A stretch of DNA of 56,359 bases from Alphaproteobacteria bacterium. Lineage in GTDB: Bacteria > Pseudomonadota > Alphaproteobacteria > JAEUKQ01. Positions 20,460-30,632 of this stretch are shown piece after piece. The stretch covers positions 1-56,359 of the forward strand of contig JBGAWJ010000003.1 in the NCBI GenBank assembly GCA_044227605.1, in the 5' to 3' direction. The notes beneath the pieces are model-generated. The model worked only from the letters and a program-made list of their open reading frames with translations, was not told the origin of the DNA and searched no databases. The position numbers and the translations under genes were made by a program. How positions within the stretch are numbered: the stretch's first letter is position 1; each line of letters opens with the position of its first letter.

Positions 20460-21764
20460 ATGGTTTTGGCTGCAACAAAATGTTCAAAAATCAGTTGGTG
20501 TTTTTATGATTGGGCCAATTCTGCCTTCCCGGCAATTATTTCCACCTTTATTTTTAGCACGTATTTTGCAGGTGTGATCGCCCCCGATAAAGAACAGGGG
20601 ATGGCTTTATGGGGCCAGATGACCAGTGTGGTGGGCATCATTATAGCCATTCTTAGCCCGTTTTTGGGGGCAATTGCGGATTACCGGCAACGCCGCAAAT
20701 CCCTACTGTTCTTTTTTACCTTGGTTAACATTGTTGCCACCGCGGGTTTGTGGTTTGCCTTACCCGGGCAGCAATATGTGATGATCGCGCTGCTGTTGGC
20801 GGGTATTGCCACCATCGGCTTTGAGATTGCCACGGTTTTTTATAATTCCCTATTACCTTCCCTAGTTGCACCCTCCCATATTGGCCGATTATCGGGTTGG
20901 GGCTGGGCGCTTGGCTATGCGGGGGGCTTATGCAGTTTGGTGATCTGCCTGCTGTTATTTATCCAGCCAGAAAACCCCTTGGGGGGATTGGATAAAGTCA
21001 GTTTTGAACATGTACGAGTTACCAATCTGGTATGTGCCTTATGGGTTTTATTATTTTCAGGCCCTATATTCCTTTTTGTCAAAGAAGAACGCAAAAGATC
21101 GACTGAATCGCTATGGCAGGTTGCAAAGATAGGATTTAAAAATGTTTGGTTATTGATAACAAAACTGCCTAAATATAAGGAAATAGCCTGGTTCCTACTG
21201 GCTAAAATGATTTATATTGATGGCTTGAATACCTTGTTTGCTTTCGGGGGTATTTATGCGGCTGGCCAGTTTGGCATGGATATGGCGGAAGTCCTTGTTT
21301 TTGGTATTTTACTCAATATTACGGCGGGTATCGGCGCTTTCGGTTTTGCTTGGATCGATGATATCTTCGGCTCGCGCCGCACCATTATTGTTTCATTGTT
21401 GGCGGTTTTGATCCTGGGGTTTTTCTTGGTTATCATCACCGATAAAATGTGGTTTTATGCACTGGGGATGATGATTGGGTTGTTCTTTGGGCCCATTCAA
21501 TCCGCCAGCCGAACGATGTTGGTGCGGTTATCCCCGCCGGAAATGATCAGTGAATTTTTTGGCCTTTATTCCTTGGCGGGTAAGGCAACCGCGTTTTTAG
21601 GGCCAGCTGTGTTAAGTTTTGCCACATTGGCCTTTAACAGCCAACGCGCAGGCATGGCCACCGTTCTGGCCTTTATTTTGGTTGGGTTAGTGTTGATGAT
21701 ATTGTTGCCTTTTCTTCACCAGCAACCTAAGTCTACCCCATATAAAGGGTGCGAGGGCAGTTAA
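20460..21764 (+). CDS. MFS transporter, Atg22/UMF1 family
   Basis: SWCFYDWANSAF, LSGWGWALGYAGG, EFFGLYSLAGK; about 12 TM segments. Confidence 0.88.
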   Translation: MVLAATKCSKISWCFYDWANSAFPAIISTFIFSTYFAGVIAPDKEQGMALWGQMTSVVGIIIAILSPFLGAIADYRQRRKSLLFFFTLVNIVATAGLWFALPGQQYVMIALLLAGIATIGFEIATVFYNSLLPSLVAPSHIGRLSGWGWALGYAGGLCSLVICLLLFIQPENPLGGLDKVSFEHVRVTNLVCALWVLLFSGPIFLFVKEERKRSTESLWQVAKIGFKNVWLLITKLPKYKEIAWFLLAKMIYIDGLNTLFAFGGIYAAGQFGMDMAEVLVFGILLNITAGIGAFGFAWIDDIFGSRRTIIVSLLAVLILGFFLVIITDKMWFYALGMMIGLFFGPIQSASRTMLVRLSPPEMISEFFGLYSLAGKATAFLGPAVLSFATLAFNSQRAGMATVLAFILVGLVLMILLPFLHQQPKSTPYKGCEGS

Positions 21765-21902
21765 ACTTCGGTTGGGTAGATTATAAGGCTCTCTTGTCCT
21801 ATTTTATGGTTTAGACAAGCAATTTTTAAATTGAGTGAGAGGAAAATATAGGCAGGATCAGGCAGTTATTCTGATGATAATCTGCATTAGCAGAAGCTTT
21901 AC

Positions 21903-23591
21903 TTACGCACTCTTTGTTAACGCCCATTTGATGGTGATCTCAGGATTGGTTGGTAAATTGGTGATGACCAATTGCTGGCTTTTTTCTACCATACCGTTTT
22001 TGCCTAAATAAACGCTTTCTTCGGCAATCACGTCACCCGTGGTGGTGCGCAGATGCCAAATTTGGCCGCTTGGCAGTTGCAATACGGCTTGTTGCTGGGC
22101 CGATTCTATATGGACAGCAATAGTGGGGTGCAAGTGGAACCGCACCGCAAATTTATGCCCGCCCGGGCTTTTAACCGTGTCTTCACCCCGCAAATCAAAA
22201 CCATGATTAGCCAAATACAGGCGGCGGGTATGAATGGCCCCAAACATTTTTTTATAGCCGTCATGCACGGCCTCAAGCCAGATATTGCCATTTTCTTCCT
22301 GGCGCTGGCACTGGACGGAATGTGGCCCTTTGATCACGCCGCCTTTTTTACCCAAAAAGCAGGAATTGGTATCGGCGATGACCAGGGTTGAATGGGCGGC
22401 GGTCGAACGTTGCACCTCCTGCCAGGCGGGGGCCGGATGATGGCCACAATTAACAATCATTGGCTCCAAACCCACCGTCAACTCAAAACTTAAAGCGCCC
22501 GCATGCATATCATGGTCATAGGGAGGTGGCGGTAAAACACCGGTATCCAAGATCAATACGGTTTGATTGGCTTCCAACCTGCAATAGCCACCCATATGGG
22601 CTTGTTGGATCGCCGGTAGTTCTTGGGGATTAAGGCTGGTCGCTGCTAAAATTTGCCTAACCAACCTAGGGTTTTCATGGGTACTGCCGTTAAAGGATGG
22701 CAGCCCGCCATCCGGTTGCTCCAAATAAAAAGTTGCCGCTGCTAATTTCGTCAGAGATTCTTGCCAAGACACAGGAACATCCTGGTTGTTATCGGCAAAG
22801 GCAGCGCATAGATCGATCAAATCTTCGAGGACATATAATTGATGCGAGGGGCAGCGTTCGATATATCCGTCAGCATGCAAGATTTGCCTGCTTAATTCTT
22901 CCTCAAATAAGCGGAAAAAGTAACGGGGGGTGTCTAGCTGCTCATTCAGCAACAGCCAGCCGCGCAGCAAAGTTTTGATGGAGCGCAATAACTGATAGCC
23001 GAATAAATTTCCAGGCAAACATCTTTTTAAATGGATCCAATGCCTTTTTATCTGTACCATAAAAACTGCTAAAAACTCAGGATCATTCTCCCTGGAAAAC
23101 CAACTCAGGCAATTGATCCATTCATTCAACCGCTCTGCCGCCACAGAGGGTTCCCAAGCAATTCCCTTGATATGCGGGTAGTGGCTTAGCCAGTCGCTGA
23201 TCACTTGCTTGCTAAAACCATAGGCGGGTTGACCGCCAACCGCTTTGATATCGCGTAACCAACGGAAACCATGGAAATAACGCCAGTAATAATCAGGAAC
23301 AGCAGGATTGTTCCAAAGACTTTGGTAAGCAATTTTAAGCGAACCGCATGAGAAAGTACCCGCGAGTATTTCTGAGCCTGTCTGGGGGTCTCCAAGCCAT
23401 AAATCACGGAAAGAAGCGCTGACTGTAACATTGGCTTGAGTGGGCAATGTCCAGCGGTAAAAAGGGGTGTAGCGGTACAGATTTTTAAAGGAGGCTAAGC
23501 GGCGGCGCCATACCAACCAAAACGGCAGGCGGCGGCCGGTTAGGAAACGGGGGGTCAGTTCCCATACATGCTGTAGCCATTGTTTACTCAT
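21903..23591 (-). CDS. Heparinase II/III family protein
   Basis: HGFRWLRD, HAGALSFEL, IVNCG, RSTAAHSTL, HDGY, RFHLHP; usual neighbour of rpe. Confidence 0.88.
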   Translation of the reverse strand: MSKQWLQHVWELTPRFLTGRRLPFWLVWRRRLASFKNLYRYTPFYRWTLPTQANVTVSASFRDLWLGDPQTGSEILAGTFSCGSLKIAYQSLWNNPAVPDYYWRYFHGFRWLRDIKAVGGQPAYGFSKQVISDWLSHYPHIKGIAWEPSVAAERLNEWINCLSWFSRENDPEFLAVFMVQIKRHWIHLKRCLPGNLFGYQLLRSIKTLLRGWLLLNEQLDTPRYFFRLFEEELSRQILHADGYIERCPSHQLYVLEDLIDLCAAFADNNQDVPVSWQESLTKLAAATFYLEQPDGGLPSFNGSTHENPRLVRQILAATSLNPQELPAIQQAHMGGYCRLEANQTVLILDTGVLPPPPYDHDMHAGALSFELTVGLEPMIVNCGHHPAPAWQEVQRSTAAHSTLVIADTNSCFLGKKGGVIKGPHSVQCQRQEENGNIWLEAVHDGYKKMFGAIHTRRLYLANHGFDLRGEDTVKSPGGHKFAVRFHLHPTIAVHIESAQQQAVLQLPSGQIWHLRTTTGDVIAEESVYLGKNGMVEKSQQLVITNLPTNPEITIKWALTKSA

Positions 23592-23603
23592 ATCAAAAAA
23601 ACC

Positions 23604-24269
23604 TTAAGGATTGCGTAATTGTTGAATATTTTGTTTGTACTGGCTGGATGGCCCACGGAATATGGATGTGCCAGCAACCAGGCGGTTGGCACCTGCTTGG
23701 ATCACGGCGGCAGCTGTTTTGTTGTTAACGCCGCCATCCACTTGGATATCAATCAAACGCTTGGGCGAGCGATTATTTAACAATTGCCGTAATTGCCGGA
23801 TTTTTTCAAGTTGTCCTGGGATAAATTCTTGGCCGCCGAAACCGGGGTTGACGCTCATCACCAATACCACGTCAATATCTGGGATAATCCAGTCCAGGGT
23901 GTTTAAGGGGGTTGATGGGTTTAAGGCGATGCCCGCTTTTTTCCCCAAACGGCGAATTTTTTGCAAGGAACGATGGCAATGGGGGCCTGATTCGGGATGG
24001 ATGATTAAACTATCTGCACCGGCTGCTGCAAATTCCTCTAAGTAAGGGTCAACCGGCGTGATCATTAAATGCACATCAAAAAATAGCTGGCTGTGGGGGC
24101 GAAGTGCCCGGATAATAGTGGGGCCCATGGTGATACTGGGCACAAAATGCCCGTCCATAACATCCCAATGGATAAAATCCGCGCCCGCCGCTTCGATAGC
24201 CTTAACTTCTTCACCTAATTTAGCAAAATCTGCGGCAAGTAAAGAAGGGCCTATTTGTACCCCCATCAT
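23604..24269 (-). CDS. rpe: Ribulose-phosphate 3-epimerase
   Basis: IHWDVMDGHFVP, DVHLMI, VMSVNPGFGGQ, VDGGV. Start placed at ATG 24269 after AAGGA. Confidence 0.96.
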   Translation of the reverse strand: MMGVQIGPSLLAADFAKLGEEVKAIEAAGADFIHWDVMDGHFVPSITMGPTIIRALRPHSQLFFDVHLMITPVDPYLEEFAAAGADSLIIHPESGPHCHRSLQKIRRLGKKAGIALNPSTPLNTLDWIIPDIDVVLVMSVNPGFGGQEFIPGQLEKIRQLRQLLNNRSPKRLIDIQVDGGVNNKTAAAVIQAGANRLVAGTSIFRGPSSQYKQNIQQLRNP

Positions 24270-24359
24270 AAAATCCTTTGGCAAATGCAACAATTACTAT
24301 AATTATGGCGTGCATACATCTTTCCAGTTTCGAATCCCACGGTCAAGAAGGTCTGATTA

Positions 24360-25253
24360 ATGACATTATATATTTCGTTTTTATACACAATCATTGTTTT
24401 GATCTGGGGTACTTCCTGGTTTGGTATTAAAATGCAGTTAGGTATCGTGGCACCGGAAGTATCGGTTGTATACCGTTTCCTGATCGCCAGCGTCATTTTG
24501 GGAATATTCTGTGTGGTTACCAAAAGGCGGTTGAAATTCTCAAAACGTGACCATGTATTTTTGGTTTTGCAGGGGCTTTTTCAATTTTCCTTAAACTATC
24601 AATTCTTTTATGCGGCTACCCAAAAATTGCCCAGTAGTTGGTTGGTTTCCCTTGCTCTGTCAGTTATCGTAGGGGTCAATATTGTCAATATGGCCATTTT
24701 CTTCCACCAGCCTATTCAAGCGAAAACCGTCATAGCATCTTTGATCGGGTTGACGGGGCTAACGCTTGTTTTTTGGCCGGAAATCATGAAGGTAAGTGCC
24801 ACTGCTGAAATTTGGATTGGTTTTGCTTTGTCTCTGCTTGGCACCATCTGTGCTTCTTTAGGCACCATGGTGGCGGTGCGTCATCATAAGGTGGGGATTC
24901 CCATTATATCTTCAACTTTATGGGGAATGATGTATGGTACTTTATTTTCAGCCTTATTTGTCGTTGTAAAAGGAACGCCAATCACCATGGATTGGTCGGC
25001 TCGCTATCTTTCCTCCATGATGTACCTGTCTATTTTTGCAACCATTATTGGTTTTGCCACGTATTTTTCCCTCATTCAAAAAATAGGGGCCGATAAAGCA
25101 GCTTATTCAAGCCTTCTATATCCGTTAGTGGCGTTGGTAATTTCAACAATATATGAACAATATCATTGGTCATTGCTGGTTATTATCGGGATTGTCTTGG
25201 TTTTGGCAGGGAATGTAATGATTCTTTATAAACCGCGGCCGAAGCAACCTTAA
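24360..25253 (+). CDS. EamA/DMT family transporter
   Basis: IWGTSW, YRFLIA, two EamA repeats, about 10 TM segments. Confidence 0.88.
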   Translation: MTLYISFLYTIIVLIWGTSWFGIKMQLGIVAPEVSVVYRFLIASVILGIFCVVTKRRLKFSKRDHVFLVLQGLFQFSLNYQFFYAATQKLPSSWLVSLALSVIVGVNIVNMAIFFHQPIQAKTVIASLIGLTGLTLVFWPEIMKVSATAEIWIGFALSLLGTICASLGTMVAVRHHKVGIPIISSTLWGMMYGTLFSALFVVVKGTPITMDWSARYLSSMMYLSIFATIIGFATYFSLIQKIGADKAAYSSLLYPLVALVISTIYEQYHWSLLVIIGIVLVLAGNVMILYKPRPKQP

Positions 25254-25642
25254 GATTTGGCTAAATCATCCAAAATCGGGCAGGTGGGCTTATGGTCGCC
25301 CCTGCAGCAATCCACCAGATTTTGCAACACTTGGGCAATCGATTGCAAATGTCTGATTTGCTCATTTATTTTGCTGACATGGGTTTGGGCGATATGATGG
25401 ACTTCTCTGCTGGAGCGGTTTTTATCTTGCCATAAAGCCAACAATTTTTTAATAGTGGTTAAGGGGAAATTCAGATTTCTAGCACGGTGGATGAATGTTA
25501 GATTATGGATATCATGCGGGCTGTACAACCGGTAATCTTTTGGGGACCGGGCAATGGTGCCAAGCAGTCCCAACCCTTCGTAATTCCTGATCATTTTGCT
25601 CGTTAAGCCGCTTAATTTGGCGGCTTCATGAATTTTATACAT
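25250..25642 (-). CDS. cueR: Cu(I)-responsive MerR-family regulator CueR
   Basis: MerR HTH (IRNYEGLGLL), C-terminal CCRGDHKPTCPIL metal loop; directly downstream of copA. Confidence 0.92.
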   Translation of the reverse strand: MYKIHEAAKLSGLTSKMIRNYEGLGLLGTIARSPKDYRLYSPHDIHNLTFIHRARNLNFPLTTIKKLLALWQDKNRSSREVHHIAQTHVSKINEQIRHLQSIAQVLQNLVDCCRGDHKPTCPILDDLAKS

Positions 25643-28196
25643 GATGGGCGCCTTTCTCTTCTACGGGAATTTGAGGTAGGGGGGTGGATAAACCTTGAAT
25701 CAAGGATGAAGCTGGTTTCCAGCGGTAAAGAAACAGGGCATTGGTAATCACACTCACACTGCTGAAAGCCATGGCCATCCCAGCAATCATGGGGCTTAAA
25801 AGCCCTAAGGCTGCCAAAACAATCCCAAGTATATTATAAATAAACGCCCAAAACAGGTTTTGCCATATTTTTCGTTGGGTTAATAAGGCCAGCTTCAAAA
25901 TATCCGCCACCAAAACGGGATTACGGTTCAGCAGGGTAATATCCGCTGTGTTCATGGCCACATCACTGCCTCCCGAGATAGCAATACTTAAATCCGCCTT
26001 GGCCAAAGCTGGTGCATCATTAACCCCATCCCCCACCATCGCGACGGCCCCATATTGTTGCCGCATTTCTTGTAAAAATGCAGCTTTTTCTTCCGGTAAA
26101 ACACGACCCTTAGCAATCGATATACCAAGTTTTTTAGCTGTTAAGGCGACAATGGACGGGTTGTCGCCACTGATCAAGGCCGTTATAATGCCTTGTGTTT
26201 GTAAATTTTTGATGGCTTGGGCGGCGGTAGGCCGCAATTGGTCTTGGAATGCCATAAAGCCGATGATTTTATTTTGTGGCAATAGTTGCCCTAACCAAGA
26301 AATGGTGTGGCCTTGTTGCTCAAGGGCAAGCGCCTCCGCTTTTAATGGGCCTGTATCTAAGCCATATTCGGATAACAGTTGTTCAGTTCCGAGAACAAAT
26401 TGCGATGGGCCAAAATTCGCAAGCAATCCTTTACCAATTTTTTGCTCAACCACTGGATCATGTCCAGATAAGGGCGGTAGGGGATTGTTTTTGACCCAAG
26501 TCATGACCGCTTGCGCCAAGGGATGGGTGCTGTTTTTTTGGATCTGATAAACAATATCCATCATAGTTGGAAGAGTTGCAGCCGCAGTGGGGGTGATTTG
26601 GGTGATGGAGGGCGATCCCTCGGTCAGGGTTCCGGTTTTATCAAAAATCACCACCTTGATCTTTTTGGCTTGTTCCAGGCTGTGGGCATTTTTGACCAAG
26701 ATGCCATATTTAGCGCCAATCCCTAAACCTGCGGTAAGGGCGGTTGGCGTTGCCAACCCCAAGGCACATGGGCAAGCAATCACCAACACGGCAATGGCAT
26801 GCAAAATTGCTAATCCAGCATCTTGCCCAAAAATGTACCATCCTAAAAAAGTTAGGAAGGCAATCACCAGGACGATTGGCACAAAAATGGCGCTGATCTT
26901 ATCAACCAGCCGTTGAATAGGTGGTTTTTCCATTTGTGCCTGCTGCACATAATGGATCATCCGCGATAAAAAGCCGCTATTTTTACTGGCTGAAACCTCA
27001 AGTTCGATTAACTCACCCATATTGGTTGAGCCACCAATGAGTAGATCGCCCGCTTTTTTCACAACCGGCAGGCTTTCACCGGTGATAGAAGATTCATCAA
27101 TCGTGGTTTCGCCCTTGATCAATACCCCGTCGGCGGGAATGCGCTCAAATGCCCGTACCACAATTTTGTCTTGGGGCTGCAAATCGTCGGGTGATATTTC
27201 AATCAATTGGCCGTCCAGGAACTGATAAGCGCGCTGTGGCCATAGGTTCATTAAGGCATGGACAGAGCGGTTGGTTTGCCGCAACGCCTGTTGCTCAAAC
27301 CTTTTTCCTAATAAGACCAGGGCAATCACCACCGCTGAACTTTCGAAATAAGAACCCATCGTCGATAAAGAAGGGGTGAAAAATAACACTAAACTTAAAA
27401 CATAAGCCGCGGTTGTGCCAATGGTTACCAATGTATCCATCGTGCTATGCCCCGCCCGCAACGCCCGCCAACTGTCCCGGTAAAAGGGATAACCACCAAA
27501 GAACTGCACCAAACTGGCAAGTGACAATTGCACCCAAAGGGGCAGGTGAATATGGATGCCCCATAATTCCGCTACCATGGGGATGATCAGGATCAAAGCA
27601 CTTCCTAACGATAAAAACAGTCGCCAATCTGGAATGCCCCAAAACAATAGCTTGGGGGGATTTTTTCCTAATTCTTCAGGTTTGTTAAGCATCTCCATGT
27701 GCTGCTGATGCGGGGAGGGGGAGCCGTGTCCGCGGGAATCGGCGGTTCTGGGGGCGATGGGCGATTCGGGGGCGATGGATTGCGGCGGGTAACCTATTTT
27801 CTCAAGGGCTTTTGCCAATGTTGTGGGTGAAACTAGTCGCGGGATATAGGTTATATGTAATTGATGGGTAGCAAGATTAGCGGTGGCATCAATCACCCCT
27901 GGGGTTTGACCCAGGGTTTGCTCGATTTGCTGGGTGCCCCTAGCACTATTGATATTCGCCATATGCCAATCAAGATGCGATTGGGGGACCCGGTAACCTG
28001 CTTTGTTCACCGCCTCTACGAGCGGTTTAAGGGCCACGGCCTTACTGGCCTTGATGAAAGCCTGTTGGTTACTTAAATGAACAGCCACATCCCCAACCGC
28101 GGCTACTTTTTTCAAGGCGTTTTCTACCCGACTGACACAGGAACCACAGGTCATGCCTTCTATCGGTAAAATAATATCATGGGTTGGATTAGGCAT
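25635..28196 (-). CDS. copA: Copper-translocating P1B-type ATPase
   Basis: GMTCGSC HMA domain, TGES, CPCALGLATP, DKTGT, GDGVND, YN and MAFSS Cu(I) motifs. Start placed at ATG 28196. Confidence 0.95.
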   Translation of the reverse strand: MPNPTHDIILPIEGMTCGSCVSRVENALKKVAAVGDVAVHLSNQQAFIKASKAVALKPLVEAVNKAGYRVPQSHLDWHMANINSARGTQQIEQTLGQTPGVIDATANLATHQLHITYIPRLVSPTTLAKALEKIGYPPQSIAPESPIAPRTADSRGHGSPSPHQQHMEMLNKPEELGKNPPKLLFWGIPDWRLFLSLGSALILIIPMVAELWGIHIHLPLWVQLSLASLVQFFGGYPFYRDSWRALRAGHSTMDTLVTIGTTAAYVLSLVLFFTPSLSTMGSYFESSAVVIALVLLGKRFEQQALRQTNRSVHALMNLWPQRAYQFLDGQLIEISPDDLQPQDKIVVRAFERIPADGVLIKGETTIDESSITGESLPVVKKAGDLLIGGSTNMGELIELEVSASKNSGFLSRMIHYVQQAQMEKPPIQRLVDKISAIFVPIVLVIAFLTFLGWYIFGQDAGLAILHAIAVLVIACPCALGLATPTALTAGLGIGAKYGILVKNAHSLEQAKKIKVVIFDKTGTLTEGSPSITQITPTAAATLPTMMDIVYQIQKNSTHPLAQAVMTWVKNNPLPPLSGHDPVVEQKIGKGLLANFGPSQFVLGTEQLLSEYGLDTGPLKAEALALEQQGHTISWLGQLLPQNKIIGFMAFQDQLRPTAAQAIKNLQTQGIITALISGDNPSIVALTAKKLGISIAKGRVLPEEKAAFLQEMRQQYGAVAMVGDGVNDAPALAKADLSIAISGGSDVAMNTADITLLNRNPVLVADILKLALLTQRKIWQNLFWAFIYNILGIVLAALGLLSPMIAGMAMAFSSVSVITNALFLYRWKPASSLIQGLSTPLPQIPVEEKGAHHV

Positions 28197-28249
28197 TTTA
28201 AAACCCTTTATCAATAAAGGAAAAATATAGTGATAGGTGCTTTATCCTC

Positions 28250-28280
28250 TAAATAAGCTTTCCCCATAGAGGAAGGTCAA
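28250..28280 (-). promoter_or_regulatory. CueR-type promoter/operator for copA-cueR
   Basis: Minus strand TTGACC-TTCCTCTATGGGGAAAGCT(19 nt)-TATTTA, containing the CTTCC...GGAAAG dyad typical of CueR operators. The -10 is imperfect. Confidence 0.75.
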
Positions 28281-28366
28281 GGATATTCCGCACAAAAAAT
28301 AAATTTTTTGCTACCAAACCCTGATTACCCCAAGTTTCGCTATCAGGGGGCCGTAAATATTTGCTA

Positions 28367-28397
28367 TTGACCTTGCCATGAGGGGAGGTTGTACAAT
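28367..28397 (+). promoter_or_regulatory. CueR-type promoter/operator for copZ-multicopper oxidase
   Basis: TTGACC-19 nt-TACAAT, the MerR-type long spacer, with an ACCTT...GAGGT dyad. Confidence 0.8.
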
Positions 28398-28460
28398 CTG
28401 GTTTTAACATTATAAGTCTTACAGACAAGTACCATCATTTAACGTAAGGGATAAATAATC

Positions 28461-28664
28461 ATGATCACACTTAAAATACCCACTATCCATTGCGGGTCCT
28501 GCGCCAATGTCATCCGTCAAATTATCCAGCAGCATCAGCCGGATGCTTCGGTCACGGTTGACGTGCGAAAGCAGACCGCAACCATCAGCACCTTGGCTAA
28601 ACAATTACCACCGACCTTGCTTCCGGCCTTAAAACAAGCGGGGTATGAGGCGAAAGTTACTTAA
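28461..28664 (+). CDS. copZ: Copper chaperone (HMA domain, CopZ-like)
   Basis: IHCGSC motif, 67 aa, ends AGY. Confidence 0.85.
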   Translation: MITLKIPTIHCGSCANVIRQIIQQHQPDASVTVDVRKQTATISTLAKQLPPTLLPALKQAGYEAKVT

Positions 28665-28693
28665 TGGATGCCAATAATAGACAGGGTAAGGAA

Positions 28694-30088
28694 ATGATGA
28701 TTACGCGGCGACAACTGATTAAGACAACGATAGCTGGTACGGTAATTAGCATTTTGCCCAGATCATTATTATGGGCAGAGGAAGCAAAGCCCATCCAGCT
28801 GAAAGCGATTAGCAAAATTATTGAAATCAACAAAAAACCCGCCAAAATCTTTACGTTGGAATCAAATATTCCTTATCCTTTCACCCTTGCGGCTCCGGGA
28901 CGTTTCTATGTGCGGTTAACCAATAAACTCGCTGATCACACCCTGATCCATTGGCACGGCTTAACCCCACCCCCTCATCTAGATGGGGTGCCGGAATTAT
29001 CCCAAGCAGCGCTCAAGCCCGGCCAGTCTTTCTTATATGATTTTCCGCTGGATGAACCGGGCACTCATTGGATGCACTCGCATTTTGGTATGCAGGAACA
29101 GAAATTGTTGGCTGCTCCCTTAATTATACAGCCGCTTCAAAGCAAACCTGCATACCGTGAAATCCTGTTGTTTTTACAGGATTTTATGTTTGCGGAAACG
29201 GAGGAAATTTATCAGAAACTGCGCGGAAAAAACGAAGGGTCGCATACCCATCATCAGGGTATGAATATGGGTGCATCGATGGCACATCTGCATGATGTGG
29301 AACCCGATGCGTTTTTGGCCAACCAACGCACCCTCGATGATCCGGAATTAGTGATGATTGAGAATGGGGAAACTATCCGTTTGCGGGTGATTAATGCTGC
29401 TGCCACCACCAATTTCTTGGTGGATTTAGGGGGCTTACATGCCTCGGTTATTGCGGTTGATGGCATGGATATAAAGCCCGTATCCCTTTCGGTTATTGAT
29501 TTAGCGATTGCTCAACGCTTAGATATTTTGGTTTCTGTTCCCAAACAGGGCGGTGTTTTTCCAATTCTTGCAAAGCGGGAAGGGGAAAAACAACAAACCG
29601 GCCTTATCCTTGCTACCAAGGGCCAGCATATTGCCAAAATTAGCAATCAAGCGAGTGCGCCAGCGCGACCTGTGGATACGGTTTTTGAGGAGCAGTTGCA
29701 GGCTTTAAAACCCCTGCCCAACAGAAAAATTGATCGGGATATAAAGGTGCTATTGGCTGAAGATCACAATTATCAATGGAGTATTTATGAGGAGGGGAAA
29801 CCTGATCAACCGATTCGAGTGAAATTGGGGCAAAGGGTGCGGATGCAAATTATTAATAAAACCAGCATGGGTCACCCTATCCATTTACATGGACACCGGT
29901 TTCAGGTAACCCAGATCAATAACCAAAATATAGCTGGGGCGGTACGGGATACGTTATGGATACCGGTAGGCGGCCGAGCCGATATTATATTTGACGCCAA
30001 TAATTTTGGCAAATGGGCATTCCATTGCCACCATCTCTATCACATGATGGCGGGAATGATGACCACGGTCGTGTATGAGGGGGCGTAA
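28694..30088 (+). CDS. Tat-exported multicopper oxidase
   Basis: TRRQLIK Tat motif; HWHG, WMHSH, HPIHLHGH, HCHHLYHMMAGM. Start placed at ATG 28694 after AAGGA (ORF track starts at 28664). Confidence 0.93.
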   Translation: MMITRRQLIKTTIAGTVISILPRSLLWAEEAKPIQLKAISKIIEINKKPAKIFTLESNIPYPFTLAAPGRFYVRLTNKLADHTLIHWHGLTPPPHLDGVPELSQAALKPGQSFLYDFPLDEPGTHWMHSHFGMQEQKLLAAPLIIQPLQSKPAYREILLFLQDFMFAETEEIYQKLRGKNEGSHTHHQGMNMGASMAHLHDVEPDAFLANQRTLDDPELVMIENGETIRLRVINAAATTNFLVDLGGLHASVIAVDGMDIKPVSLSVIDLAIAQRLDILVSVPKQGGVFPILAKREGEKQQTGLILATKGQHIAKISNQASAPARPVDTVFEEQLQALKPLPNRKIDRDIKVLLAEDHNYQWSIYEEGKPDQPIRVKLGQRVRMQIINKTSMGHPIHLHGHRFQVTQINNQNIAGAVRDTLWIPVGGRADIIFDANNFGKWAFHCHHLYHMMAGMMTTVVYEGA

Positions 30089-30223
30089 GGCTGTTGTGAC
30101 GCGTGTCTGCAAAATCCCCAGGGTTTTATTTTTCTGGTACGCTTAGCATTTTATTTGTACTATCCTTTTGATGGGGATCCACCTGTTTTTAGAGACGCCC
30201 GCCGATCAATTTAAGGTCTGGGC

Positions 30224-30433
30224 TTATAATTTTAGTGACTCGCCCAACGCAATAGAGCACCCAAATTTACTGGATGCAGCATCCCCGACCATGGGGGTAA
30301 TTTCAGTCATTTTGGCGATGACGCTGAATGTTGGCGTGGCTTTTTTACCATTAGTTTTTTGGAAGGCAAAAACATAGACGTATTGTTTCTCCAAAATTCG
30401 AGTTAGATATTCTTGCAAAAAAGGACGGGTCAT
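30224..30433 (-). CDS. Small hypothetical protein or gene remnant
   Basis: 69-aa ORF (MTRPFLQEYL...) filling the gap between mco and tRNA-Ser; no motif, no clear RBS. Confidence 0.3.
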   Translation of the reverse strand: MTRPFLQEYLTRILEKQYVYVFAFQKTNGKKATPTFSVIAKMTEITPMVGDAASSKFGCSIALGESLKL

Positions 30434-30542
30434 TATTGACGAAATTTGGCTATGGCAATATATGGCAAAGGTTAGTTGCCTAGCCATCCTCATCGCCTAT
30501 GACTCTGAGAAATGTAGAACAGGCAGTTTCTATGCTGAAAAC

Positions 30543-30632
30543 TGGCGGACGGGGGGAGATTTGAACTCCCGATACCCTTACGAGTATGCCGCATTTCGAG
30601 TGCGGTGCATTCAGCCGCTCTGCCACCCGTCC
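30543..30632 (-). tRNA. tRNA-Ser (CGA)
   Basis: Reverse strand GGACGGGTGGCAGAGCGGCTGAATGCA CCGCA CT CGA AA TGCGG, long variable arm, GTTCAAATC T-loop, GCCA end; 90 nt. Confidence 0.96.

Noticed and set aside
25250-30632. Copper module as a genomic island at tRNA-Ser
   Set aside because: No integrase or att duplication seen; composition similar to core genes; cueR overlaps the eamA stop.
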